A stretch of 64,000 nucleotides of DNA from Candidatus Krumholzibacteriota bacterium. Lineage in GTDB: Bacteria > Krumholzibacteriota > Krumholzibacteriia > JAJRXK01. This document shows positions 1-8,815 of the stretch, in pieces. The number at the start of each line of letters is the position of its first letter. Position 1 is the first letter of the stretch. Both the position numbers and the translations under genes were made by a program. The notes beneath the pieces are model-generated. The model did no database searches and was not told where the DNA came from. It saw nothing but the letters and a program-made list of their open reading frames with translations. The stretch is from assembly GCA_963727455.1 (NCBI GenBank), contig CAVSGG010000005.1, positions 512,001-576,000 on the forward strand. Direction: 5' to 3'.

Positions 1-659
1 CTCGTATTTTCGCGACCGCCCCGGATACCATGCAGGCGCCCCCGGTCTACCGCATCGGCAGTGGCGATGTTCTGGAGGTCGTCTTCTTTACGCACCCAGC
101 TCAGAACCGCTTCGTGACGGTACGGCCGGATGGACGAATTACCTTGCCCTACGTGGGAGAGTTGATGGCACGCGGCAAGGAACCCGAGAAGCTCGCAGCG
201 GAAATCCAGAAGGACTACAGCACGGTGCTGGTGGATCCCAAGGTCGACATTCTGCTCAACAAGATCGGGGGACGGTACTACGTGTTGGGGGAAGTGAGGG
301 CCCCGGGGGAATTCGACTATGAGAAGCCAGTTACCCTGCTTCAGGCCATTGCAAGAGCGGGCGGCTATACCGATGAAGCAAGGCTTAGCAACTTTGTTCT
401 CATTCGTGCCGATGAGGAAGGCGGGCGCTTCGCCGCTGTATTCAATTTACGTGAGTACATGGGGGAGCGGAGTAAACGGGGAGATGTCTACGTGCAACCG
501 GACGACATCGTCTGGGCACCAAAAGACAATATCAGCCGATGGGACAATAGCGCTCGCAAAGCGCTCACCGGTCTGCTTCAAACGCAAGACTTGATCTTCA
601 AGGGACAGCAAATCGCCAATTTCGATAACGTATACCCTGGTAGATTCTACGGTCCTTGA
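1..659 (+). CDS. wza: Polysaccharide export outer-membrane protein (Wza/Poly_export + SLBB), 5'-truncated
   Basis: YRIGSGDVLEV, VRPDGRITLPYVG, VLGEVRAPG and LLQAIARAGG motifs. The frame stays open upstream of the ATG at 30 to the window edge. Confidence 0.9.
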   Translation, partial: RIFATAPDTMQAPPVYRIGSGDVLEVVFFTHPAQNRFVTVRPDGRITLPYVGELMARGKEPEKLAAEIQKDYSTVLVDPKVDILLNKIGGRYYVLGEVRAPGEFDYEKPVTLLQAIARAGGYTDEARLSNFVLIRADEEGGRFAAVFNLREYMGERSKRGDVYVQPDDIVWAPKDNISRWDNSARKALTGLLQTQDLIFKGQQIANFDNVYPGRFYGP

Positions 660-689
660 GATTGCAACGCCGATTGGGAGAAGTAAGCC

Positions 690-2135
690 ATGTCAGGACT
701 CTATAGCCAAGGTCCGGTGCAGGGAGAACGTGATACCACGATGCGCGACCTTCTGTCGGTCGTATTCAAACGCAAGTGGCTCATCATTATTTTCTTTCTC
801 GGCACCTCCGCCCTCGTTGCACTGAAAGTAGTGACCACGCCGGAGACCTGGTCAGCCGATGCCACGCTCATGCTGCAACGGCAGGGGCGAACCAGCGTTC
901 TCGAAAAAAGTGGAAGAGCGTTACCCTGGGTCGAGGTCATGGAGTCCGAGGTCGAAATTGCCCGCAGCGTCCCAGTACTTCAACTCGCTCGGGCCAAGCT
1001 CAAGGAGCCCACCAAAGACTTTCCCGAAGGCATTGACATGGGGATCGGGGCACTAGGATCCCACATCAACCCCGGCGGCGTCGGTGAGTCGAACGTAGTA
1101 TTCATTACAGGTACCGGAGAGCAACCGAAATTAGCCATTCGGATCGCAAACAAAGTGGCCGAGGCTTATGTGGAATATCACAAGAAGATGTTTGCACTGC
1201 CCGACGCTTCAGGTGCGGTCAGAGTGCAGGCGGATTCAACCTTAAGGGCTCTCTCCGATCTGCAGGGAGAACGTCAAGAGGTTCTCAAGGAGGCCGGGGT
1301 CACCGATCTGGCGACCGAGGAAGAAAATTTCCACCTCTTGCTTCGCAAGCTGAGGTCTGATCTCAGCGAGGTCGAACTCGAGATCAACACTCTACAGGCG
1401 CAGGTAGCAGCAATCCCAAAGGACGTGGACGGAATCAACGTGGATCTTCCTTTTGATTTGTCCCGGGGCAAAGCACAACCAGAAGTTATGTTGACTGCCT
1501 TGGACAAGTATCGGAAGAGCCTGCAAAACCTCCAGGAACTCAAGTCGCAGTACACAGAGGCCCACCCTCGAGTGAAGTTGGCTGAAGTTGATCTGCAGGA
1601 GAGTCGCCGGAGCTTGGAGAACTCCATTCGCCAGTTAGCTTCTCTGAAGACCGAGGAACTGAATGTGGCAAAAGCCAAGCGCGATGGAGTTCAGCGTCAG
1701 ATTCATGAAATCGAGGCGAAGCTCGCCAAAATGCCCGAATACACGAGAAAGGTGAGCTTCTTGGACACGCAGATCAGCAGTGCGGAGAAACAGTACGCTC
1801 AGCTGAACGAGAAGTATGTGGATACCCACATCAACCAGGTGGGCTATCAGGACTATGGTGTATCTCTTCTGTCACCGGCAATGTCGGCCTACAAGAACAC
1901 GCGCGGCGACCTGGTGCGTATGGCCCTGGCGCCGCTCTTGAGCCTCTTGGCCGGAATCGGTCTGGCTTTCTATCTGGAAAACCTGGACCACTCCATGAAG
2001 ACAAGGGAGGACGTGGAACATCATCTCGAGATCCCCGTCTTGGCGAGCTTTCCCGATGTGGACGAAGGAGAGTCCGATCTCGAGCCCGAAGTGAGACGAA
2101 CCCCGTTTTGGAAGGGCCGCCGTAGCGGCCGCTGA
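690..2135 (+). CDS. Polysaccharide chain-length determinant (Wzz/GumC, Wzc N-terminal half)
   Basis: N-terminal 'RDLLSVVFKRKWLII' plus TM helix, long coiled coil with YTEAHP, C-terminal TM followed by 'LENLDHSMKTREDVEHHLEIPVLASFP'. Confidence 0.9.
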   Translation: MSGLYSQGPVQGERDTTMRDLLSVVFKRKWLIIIFFLGTSALVALKVVTTPETWSADATLMLQRQGRTSVLEKSGRALPWVEVMESEVEIARSVPVLQLARAKLKEPTKDFPEGIDMGIGALGSHINPGGVGESNVVFITGTGEQPKLAIRIANKVAEAYVEYHKKMFALPDASGAVRVQADSTLRALSDLQGERQEVLKEAGVTDLATEEENFHLLLRKLRSDLSEVELEINTLQAQVAAIPKDVDGINVDLPFDLSRGKAQPEVMLTALDKYRKSLQNLQELKSQYTEAHPRVKLAEVDLQESRRSLENSIRQLASLKTEELNVAKAKRDGVQRQIHEIEAKLAKMPEYTRKVSFLDTQISSAEKQYAQLNEKYVDTHINQVGYQDYGVSLLSPAMSAYKNTRGDLVRMALAPLLSLLAGIGLAFYLENLDHSMKTREDVEHHLEIPVLASFPDVDEGESDLEPEVRRTPFWKGRRSGR

Positions 2136-2160
2136 AGCTCTGCTTGAGGAGCGGTAGAAG

Positions 2161-3168
2161 ATGTATCGGCACCATTTCGGCCTGAGAGAGAAGCCCTTTC
2201 AGATCGCTCCCAGTCCGAGGTTTCTCTTTCCGTCGGAGACCCACGACGAAAGTCGCGCCAGAATCCTTTATGGCATCGAGGACAACCGCGGCTTCGTGGT
2301 GGTCTACGGCAGAGTGGGTCTGGGGAAGACGACGGTGCTGTTGTCGGTGCTGGAGGAGCTCGATGCCAAGACTCGGACAGCGCTCATCTACCAGCCGGTC
2401 ACCAGCTTCTACAACCTGCTGCGCATGTGCGCGCACGAATTCGGCCTGGGCAGCGAGAATCGGGACGAAGTCAATCTCATTTGGGATCTAAACGAGTTCT
2501 TCATCCAGCGACTGTCCGAGGGCGAGAAGTGTGTGCTCATTATCGACGAGGCGCAGAACCTCAGCCTCGAAATTCTGGAGAAGCTGCGCACGCTCAGCAA
2601 TCTGCAGACGGAAAATGCCTCCCTCTTGCAAATCGTGCTCGTGGGCCAACCCGAACTCTACGACAAGCTTTCGGATCCTCGTCTGCTGCAGTTGCGGCAA
2701 CGGGTGGGGGTATGGCACGAAATCGAGGCTCTCGATCAGGAAGAGACCACGGACTACATCTTGCATCGTCTGCATCGAGCGGGAGCGCGCCGGCCGAAGG
2801 ATATCTTTTCGGTAAAGGTGTGTGAGCGTGTCCACCGCCTTTCGGGCGGCGTCCCGCGCGTGGTCAATCAGGTCTGCGATACCGCCCTGATGATCGCATT
2901 TGGCAAGGAGACTCCCAAAGTCACTGAAGAGGAGGTGGTGGAGGCTGCGCGGGAGCTGCATCTTTTGGAGGAAGAACCGAAGCCAGAGCGGCCGCCAAGC
3001 AAGAGAAAATGCCGATCGACGCCGAGGGGCGCTCCGCTGCTGGACGCGTTTGAGCTTCGCCGCAGTCGTTCTCCTGGTCGTTCTTGGAGCGATCTGGGTG
3101 CTCTTCGGCAGCAATCTGCAGCTCTCACTGCGGGGAAAGGGTATGGCCACCGAAAGCGGGGTCGTTGA
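2161..3168 (+). CDS. ExeA/GspA-like AAA+ ATPase, N-terminal part (probably frameshifted near 2990-3230)
   Basis: MYRHHFGLREKPF start, Walker A GRVGLGKT, Walker B LIIDEAQNL, LVGQPEL and GGVPRVVNQVCD. The sequence after ~3000 looks out of frame. Confidence 0.85.
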   Translation: MYRHHFGLREKPFQIAPSPRFLFPSETHDESRARILYGIEDNRGFVVVYGRVGLGKTTVLLSVLEELDAKTRTALIYQPVTSFYNLLRMCAHEFGLGSENRDEVNLIWDLNEFFIQRLSEGEKCVLIIDEAQNLSLEILEKLRTLSNLQTENASLLQIVLVGQPELYDKLSDPRLLQLRQRVGVWHEIEALDQEETTDYILHRLHRAGARRPKDIFSVKVCERVHRLSGGVPRVVNQVCDTALMIAFGKETPKVTEEEVVEAARELHLLEEEPKPERPPSKRKCRSTPRGAPLLDAFELRRSRSPGRSWSDLGALRQQSAALTAGKGYGHRKRGR

Positions 3169-3324
3169 TGCCGTGGCGGCACCCTCCGGGCCGGACTCGA
3201 GTGTCGATGCCCCGGCTTCGGTTTCTCGCCGCAAAAAGGCACGCAGGAGAGCCTTGCCCCACATAGTGGGCAAGCTGGCGCTGAGGAACCCGCACTGGCC
3301 ATCTCGACGCAGCAAGAGCAGCGC

Positions 3325-3681
3325 ATGAGGGCCCACCTGGAGAATCTGCGAAAGCTTCGTGCCGCCGGCAAGCCGGTCTATACGGTGCACCTCAAGTCCT
3401 TCAAGGAGCTGGCACGTGCCCGAGAATTCGCTACTGATGTCGCGAGGGAACAAAATTGGGGACAGCCGGTATTTATGGAACGAAGTGACGGTGGAACGGT
3501 GTGGTACCGAGTGTTCGCGGGAGAGTTTGCCAAGAGCAGCGATGCTTTGGCTTGGATCGCAGAGCTGAAGAGCAGCGGCAAGCTGAGCTACGCCAATTTG
3601 ATAAGACTGAGCCGGGATGTCGAAGTTCTCGTGCCGGCTGAGGCCGACACCAGGGTGTCTTTGAATGGAGTTGAGGGATGA
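3325..3681 (+). CDS. SPOR peptidoglycan-binding domain (likely the C-terminus of the ExeA-like protein)
   Basis: YTVHLKSF...WYRVFAGEF..A SPOR pattern. It is in the same frame as the ATPase, and the frame is open from 3169. Confidence 0.7.
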   Translation: MRAHLENLRKLRAAGKPVYTVHLKSFKELARAREFATDVAREQNWGQPVFMERSDGGTVWYRVFAGEFAKSSDALAWIAELKSSGKLSYANLIRLSRDVEVLVPAEADTRVSLNGVEG

Positions 3682-4508
3682 GCAGCATTCGTGATGCGCT
3701 CAAGCGCGCCGAGCGTGAGCGGCTTCGGCGCCAAGAAGATGCAAAGGTCTTGAGAGAGGTGCGTGCCTCAAACGAGGAGTCGCGTTCTGGCTCGGTCGAA
3801 AGCGATACTCATGGAGTGGACGCCGATCCTCGCCGTGAACTCAAGGTCATCGACAGTCCGCGCATTTTCACGGTGGAAGTCCCCATGGGCTTCGCCGAGG
3901 AGCTGGCGCTGTTCCGGCATGGGGTGGAAGCAGCGGTGCCGAAACCGAGACGTTCTCTACTCCTCAGCGGCGCCACCGCGGGCGAGGGAGTGACGACTCT
4001 CACGACATTCCTGGGGACCAGCCTGGCCGTGCGCGATGGCAAGAAAACCGTGGTGATCGACGCCAGTTTCAAGTCACCGCGCTTTTCGCGCATCTTTGGG
4101 CTTCTGGGCCGTCCCGGTCTCTCTGATTACTGTAGTGGATCCGCGGAGTTGGCGGACGTGTTGGCGAAGACCGACTGCGACCAGCTCTTTCTCATGGGTG
4201 TGGGGACGGAGCTCTACAATCCTTCCCTCATTCTCAGCTCGGATCGGGCCCGTAGTCTCGCCTCCGAACTCACCCAGCGCTTCGACTATGTTCTTTTCGA
4301 TACGGGTGCTGTCCTGGCTCATGCCGAAACCTCCATGCTCGCCTCCAGCGTCGACGGCGTGGTACTGATCGTACGCTCGGGAAAGACCAAACGCGAAGTT
4401 CTGCTCAAGGCGGAGAAACTCATCCGCTTCAGCGGTGGCCGCGTGATCGGTTCAGTCTTGAACCGGCGTCAATATCCCATTCCCGATTCGATCTACAAGC
4501 GACTTTAG
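3678..4508 (+). CDS. CpsD/CapB-family tyrosine-kinase-like protein (degenerate Walker A)
   Basis: MSSIRDALKRA start, GEGVTT, VVIDAS, PGLSD, FDYVLFDT, DGVVLIVR and GSVLN. ATGA overlap with the upstream ORF. Confidence 0.85.
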   Translation: MSSIRDALKRAERERLRRQEDAKVLREVRASNEESRSGSVESDTHGVDADPRRELKVIDSPRIFTVEVPMGFAEELALFRHGVEAAVPKPRRSLLLSGATAGEGVTTLTTFLGTSLAVRDGKKTVVIDASFKSPRFSRIFGLLGRPGLSDYCSGSAELADVLAKTDCDQLFLMGVGTELYNPSLILSSDRARSLASELTQRFDYVLFDTGAVLAHAETSMLASSVDGVVLIVRSGKTKREVLLKAEKLIRFSGGRVIGSVLNRRQYPIPDSIYKRL

Positions 4509-4524
4509 GCCGGCGACAGAAGCG

Positions 4525-5733
4525 ATGTCTCTCGCCCTCGACGTCCCTCTACTGCCGCCCGCTTGCCACTCCTACGAGGTCCGTGTGCGAGATCATCTCG
4601 GCGATCTCATCGAGAACGCACGCGCCGCACTCGGTTCGCGGCTGGTTGCGGTGGTTTTGGGAGGTAGCCTGGCGCGCGCCGAGGGAGTGGTGCTGCTCTC
4701 GCGCGATGGCGACAAACTGCTCTCGGACATCGATCTCTATCTCGTGGTCGAGAACTGCGAGAGGGAGGAATCTCGCGGATTGGAGAAGTCCCTCCGCGAG
4801 AAGGCAAGTGGAGAGAAATTTTTCGCGGCGCCCCTCGATCTGGGCTTCGTGCAAAGAAGATGGTTTCGCAACCTGAAGTCCACGATTCCCGCGCATCAAC
4901 TCGCCTTTGGGCATCGAGTACTCTATGACCGCTCCGGAGAATTCGAAGTGGAGATCCCCGCGGTGCAGTCGACCTCGCCGCCGCGAATCGATCGAGATGA
5001 TGCGCTTCGGCTCTTGATGAATCGCTACGCCGAGCAGATTCTCCAGGACGCGAGTCAGCCCGGTTCGGACTTCACGCACTACCACCGCTGGAAGCTCTAT
5101 CTGGATGCCCCATTGGCCTGGCTCGCGACGACCGGCCGCTATCATCCCCGACGCGAAGTCCAGCGCGAGCGCTTGGCCGAGCTCGAGGGATCCAGAAGCT
5201 TGCAGGAGTGGCTGGGTGCCGGCTTGGAGAGGCTGGAGCAAATCCGGCAGGCGATGCGGGGCGGTCCCGTCGACCGCGCGGAGCTGCAGGCTTTGCAGGG
5301 AGACGAACTCGCGTGGAGTTGGCCCTTTTTTCGGGCGGGTCTGCGGGTGGCGATCGGAGAGCCGGGCAGTTCTGACGCCGCAAGCTTGGCGAAGGCGGTG
5401 CAAGAGGGCGCTCCCGGGAAGGGAGATCGCGAACTGGGAATTCGCTGGCTGCAGCGCCGTCCTCTCTTGGCGCGCCTGAGGGAGTCGAGGCGATGGGCGC
5501 GGGTGGGACCCTCTACCTCGCGCTCCTGGATCTCCCACGCGCGAGGCGGAACCGGTCGCGACCGGGTGCAGCTGGCCTGCGCGCTCTACTTTGGCGGTCT
5601 GGACACTTGGGTCGATGCTCTGCGCGATCTCATCCCCGACGGGGAGCTAAAGCGGCGCAGCGCGGGGGGCGACCAAGCGGAATGGTTGGGGGGACTCTGG
5701 TCTGATTGGGTCATGGGAGGGACCCGCTCGTGA
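4525..5733 (+). CDS. Pol-beta-superfamily nucleotidyltransferase-domain protein
   Basis: hG[GS]...DhD signature: VLGGSLARAEG...SDIDLYLV, third Asp in LDLG, followed by a helical C-terminal region. Confidence 0.65.
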   Translation: MSLALDVPLLPPACHSYEVRVRDHLGDLIENARAALGSRLVAVVLGGSLARAEGVVLLSRDGDKLLSDIDLYLVVENCEREESRGLEKSLREKASGEKFFAAPLDLGFVQRRWFRNLKSTIPAHQLAFGHRVLYDRSGEFEVEIPAVQSTSPPRIDRDDALRLLMNRYAEQILQDASQPGSDFTHYHRWKLYLDAPLAWLATTGRYHPRREVQRERLAELEGSRSLQEWLGAGLERLEQIRQAMRGGPVDRAELQALQGDELAWSWPFFRAGLRVAIGEPGSSDAASLAKAVQEGAPGKGDRELGIRWLQRRPLLARLRESRRWARVGPSTSRSWISHARGGTGRDRVQLACALYFGGLDTWVDALRDLIPDGELKRRSAGGDQAEWLGGLWSDWVMGGTRS

Positions 5734-6884
5734 GTAAGCGGAAGATGGCACTCATGGTGATGGTCGACGCGCTGGGAGGACGCTTTCTGCGCGAACACAA
5801 TTTCTTGCCCGAACTGGAGTATCGTGCCTCTCTACGTACGGTACTGGGGTTCTCGTGCGCATGTCAGCCGGCTTTGCTCAGCGGCAAGAACCCTTCGGAA
5901 AATGGCCACGGCGCCATGTACGTGCGCAGAGGCGAGGAGTCCGTTCTGGATGCGGCCAGGCCCTTCGACAAGCTCCCCGCCTTTCTCGGGGAAAACCACC
6001 GAGTGCGCGCGAAGATCTACGGACGCGTGGCCTCGCGAATCGAGGGATACTTCAGCCTCTATGATGTACCGACTCGCCTGCTTCCCCGATTCGATCTCTC
6101 GGAAAAGGGCAGGATCTTCCGGCCCCAGGGACTCAACCGGGGAAAGAGTATTTTCGATCGCCTCGTCGAACTGGGTCTCAACTTCCGCAGCTACGACTGG
6201 AGCACGCCGGAGGTCGACAACCTGCAGGCTTGCGAATACGACATTCGCAGCCGGAGAGTGGATTACATCTTCCTCTATTTGCCGGGCCTCGATGGACTCT
6301 TGCACGCGCACGGACCGGGCGGGCAGGAAGTTCTGAAGCACCTTTCTTGGTACGAGGCTCGTCTGCGGCGCCTCATCAGTCTGGGAGAGGAGAGCACAGA
6401 CAGCTTCGAGTTCTTCCTGTTCAGCGATCACGGCATGAGCCCGGTGCACGGGGGAATCGACCTCATCTCCAAGATCGAGCCAACGATGGGCCGCAATGGA
6501 AAGCGCTATCTCGCTTTCTATGATTCCACCATGGCTCGCTTCTGGTACGAGGACGAAGAGGTGGGAGCTCAGTTGGTGGCTTTGCTCAACAACATCGAAG
6601 GGGGACGCCTGATTCCCGAAGATGAACGGGCCGAACTGGGGGTGCGCTTTGCCGACCGCAGCCAGGGGGATCTGCTTTTCGTGGTGCAGGAAGGTCTCCT
6701 GATTCTACCCAGCTACATGGGCAAGACCATGCTCGCCGGCATGCACGGCTACCATCCGGATGCGCAACACGCTGACGCCTGCCTTCTGGGCTCCTACGCC
6801 CCGGACCTCGGCATGAGTCACATCCGTGACCTTTACCGCCTCATGGATTCCATCGCGGTCAGCGTGAAGGAATCGAAATCGTGA
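5730..6884 (+). CDS. Alkaline-phosphatase-superfamily phosphodiesterase/nucleotide pyrophosphatase
   Basis: MVDALG, LDGLLHAHG, FSDHGM and GMHGYHP metal-binding motifs. The GTG start overlaps the upstream TGA. No signal peptide. Confidence 0.85.
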   Translation: MSKRKMALMVMVDALGGRFLREHNFLPELEYRASLRTVLGFSCACQPALLSGKNPSENGHGAMYVRRGEESVLDAARPFDKLPAFLGENHRVRAKIYGRVASRIEGYFSLYDVPTRLLPRFDLSEKGRIFRPQGLNRGKSIFDRLVELGLNFRSYDWSTPEVDNLQACEYDIRSRRVDYIFLYLPGLDGLLHAHGPGGQEVLKHLSWYEARLRRLISLGEESTDSFEFFLFSDHGMSPVHGGIDLISKIEPTMGRNGKRYLAFYDSTMARFWYEDEEVGAQLVALLNNIEGGRLIPEDERAELGVRFADRSQGDLLFVVQEGLLILPSYMGKTMLAGMHGYHPDAQHADACLLGSYAPDLGMSHIRDLYRLMDSIAVSVKESKS

Positions 6885-8431
6885 GCCGGGATCTCGCACG
6901 CTACGCACGCTCCGGAGCTTGGTCCACCGTGGCCTATGCAATCCAGGTAACAGGGGCGCTGGCCGTGAGCATCGTCGTGGTGCGTGCGCTGGGGGAGAAA
7001 CAGTGGGGCGTCCTGAGCGAGATCCGTCAATTGGTTCAACTCTGCACCATCTTGGGTGGAATGGCGCTCGAGCGCAGCATCCTGCGCTTTCTCCCGCAGC
7101 TGATCAGCGAGAAGAACGAAGCCGGAGCGCGTTCGCTCTTCAGGAAGACAATGGGCGTGCGCCTGCTGCTCTGGCTTCCCTTGTTCGTGCTCGCACTTGT
7201 CTTTGGAAGGCACCTCGATCGCTTCTTCCACCTTCCCGTCTTCGAACTAGTCCTGATCGGGGTTGCCAGTTCTCTGGTCTTCTCGCTCTTCAACCACGTC
7301 CGTGCCGCGGCCTCCGCGCGCTTTAGGACCCGCAGTGTGGCCCTTGGCACCGCGGTGGGGAGCTTGGTTACGCTGGCGGCCACACTCTGGGTGCTCGCCA
7401 ATGGCAAGGGAGTGGCCGGCGTACTGGTCGCAGCTGCCCTTGGAATGGGCGTTGCCGCGGTCGTGCAGTTGCCCGCCGCGATGGGAGGAGGTGCGCAGGC
7501 AGAAGCGAGTTCAAAGAGCAATGATAGCTTCTCGCTGCGCGAGCACCGATTCCTCGCTTATGCGTTTCCCTTCGCCGGAATTGCGATCCTCAATTATGTA
7601 GTGCACTCGGCCACCGAGGTTTTCTTCCTGGGACACTTTCACGGACCAATTCTGGCCGGCTTCTACGTACTGGGATTCAGTTTCGCCCAGAGGCTCATCG
7701 ACTTTTTGCCTCTGGCTCTCTGGGAAGTCTCCATGGCAGGCTTTGCCGAAGTCGCGGTGCGCGACGCGCGGCGTCTTCCGGCCGCACTCTTGGGCTATGT
7801 GAAGCTGCTGTACATTGTGCTGCTCCCCCTCGCATGTCTGGGGGTAGCCTTTTCACCAGCACTCATTCGGGTTTTATATGGGGAGGCGATGGTGCCCTCG
7901 GCATTGGTCAGCCAGGCATATTTTGCCATTGCTGCTGTCGCAGCCGTGGGCGCACCCATCGGGATGGTGGTATACGCGCGCGATCGAACCGCGTCTGCAC
8001 TCAAGGCATATACGGTCTTCGCAGTTGCGAACATCGGACTCGATTGGGTGCTGATCCCCTCTTTGGGTTTATGGGGTGCAATCCTGGGTTTGGGAACCGC
8101 AAAAATACTCTCGGTGCTTCTGATGTCACGCATCGCGTGGCAGGAGAGTCCGGCACTTCGCATACCCTGGACTTTCCTGCTCAAAGCGCTGCTTGCCTGT
8201 TCACCCGTATTTCTGTGGTGGCTGGTTCCCTCTTCGTTGCATTCGCCGCTTCCTTTGGTAGGCGGACTCGTGGGTTCTGTTCTCTTGCTCATAGTCTCAT
8301 TCCGACTCGTCGGGGTTATCGGCATATCGGAAGCCTCTCTTATTCGAGGTACGCAGTTACCGCTTCGTAATAGTCTGTTGCAACTACTCGGGGCCCCAAC
8401 AAGTGGTGCTGAACCCACTGGAGCGGTCTAG
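6881..8431 (+). CDS. wzx: Wzx/MOP-family oligosaccharide flippase 1
   Basis: About 12-14 hydrophobic segments, 'RALGEKQWG', 'IRVLYGEAM' and 'LIPSLGLWGAILG'. Confidence 0.85.
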   Translation: MSRDLARYARSGAWSTVAYAIQVTGALAVSIVVVRALGEKQWGVLSEIRQLVQLCTILGGMALERSILRFLPQLISEKNEAGARSLFRKTMGVRLLLWLPLFVLALVFGRHLDRFFHLPVFELVLIGVASSLVFSLFNHVRAAASARFRTRSVALGTAVGSLVTLAATLWVLANGKGVAGVLVAAALGMGVAAVVQLPAAMGGGAQAEASSKSNDSFSLREHRFLAYAFPFAGIAILNYVVHSATEVFFLGHFHGPILAGFYVLGFSFAQRLIDFLPLALWEVSMAGFAEVAVRDARRLPAALLGYVKLLYIVLLPLACLGVAFSPALIRVLYGEAMVPSALVSQAYFAIAAVAAVGAPIGMVVYARDRTASALKAYTVFAVANIGLDWVLIPSLGLWGAILGLGTAKILSVLLMSRIAWQESPALRIPWTFLLKALLACSPVFLWWLVPSSLHSPLPLVGGLVGSVLLLIVSFRLVGVIGISEASLIRGTQLPLRNSLLQLLGAPTSGAEPTGAV

Positions 8432-8442
8432 GAGGTCGATTC

Positions 8443-8814
8443 ATGCGAAATGTCGTGGTTCTGCTCACGTGCCTGGGGCTCATGGTGACAGCCCAGGTAT
8501 TGTGGAAGTCGGCTCTCAGCAGGGTGGGAGTGGTTGATGTAATGTCCTCGAGCTTACCGAGCCGGATCCTCTTACTCGCCCGGTCCTGGCGGATCCTGGG
8601 CGGATTGATCATGTTCGGCCTGGCAACCGTTCTGTGGTTCGATTTGCTCAGCCGCTGGGAATTGTCACTCCTCTATCCTTTCATGAGCTTGAGCTATGTC
8701 TTTGCCTTCCTCGCGGGTTGGATTTTTCTCGGTGAACATCCGCAGCCACTTCGCATCATGGGTATTCTCGTGATCATTTTGGGGATCGTACTGGTCTCAA
8801 GGAGCGCTCCCTGA
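8443..8814 (+). CDS. SMR/EamA-like small transporter (ArnE/ArnF-type lipid-linked sugar flippase)
   Basis: 123 aa with 4 TM helices; AQVLWK, LSRWELSLLYP, FLGE and GILVIILG. Confidence 0.8.
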   Translation: MRNVVVLLTCLGLMVTAQVLWKSALSRVGVVDVMSSSLPSRILLLARSWRILGGLIMFGLATVLWFDLLSRWELSLLYPFMSLSYVFAFLAGWIFLGEHPQPLRIMGILVIILGIVLVSRSAP

Positions 8815-8815
8815 C

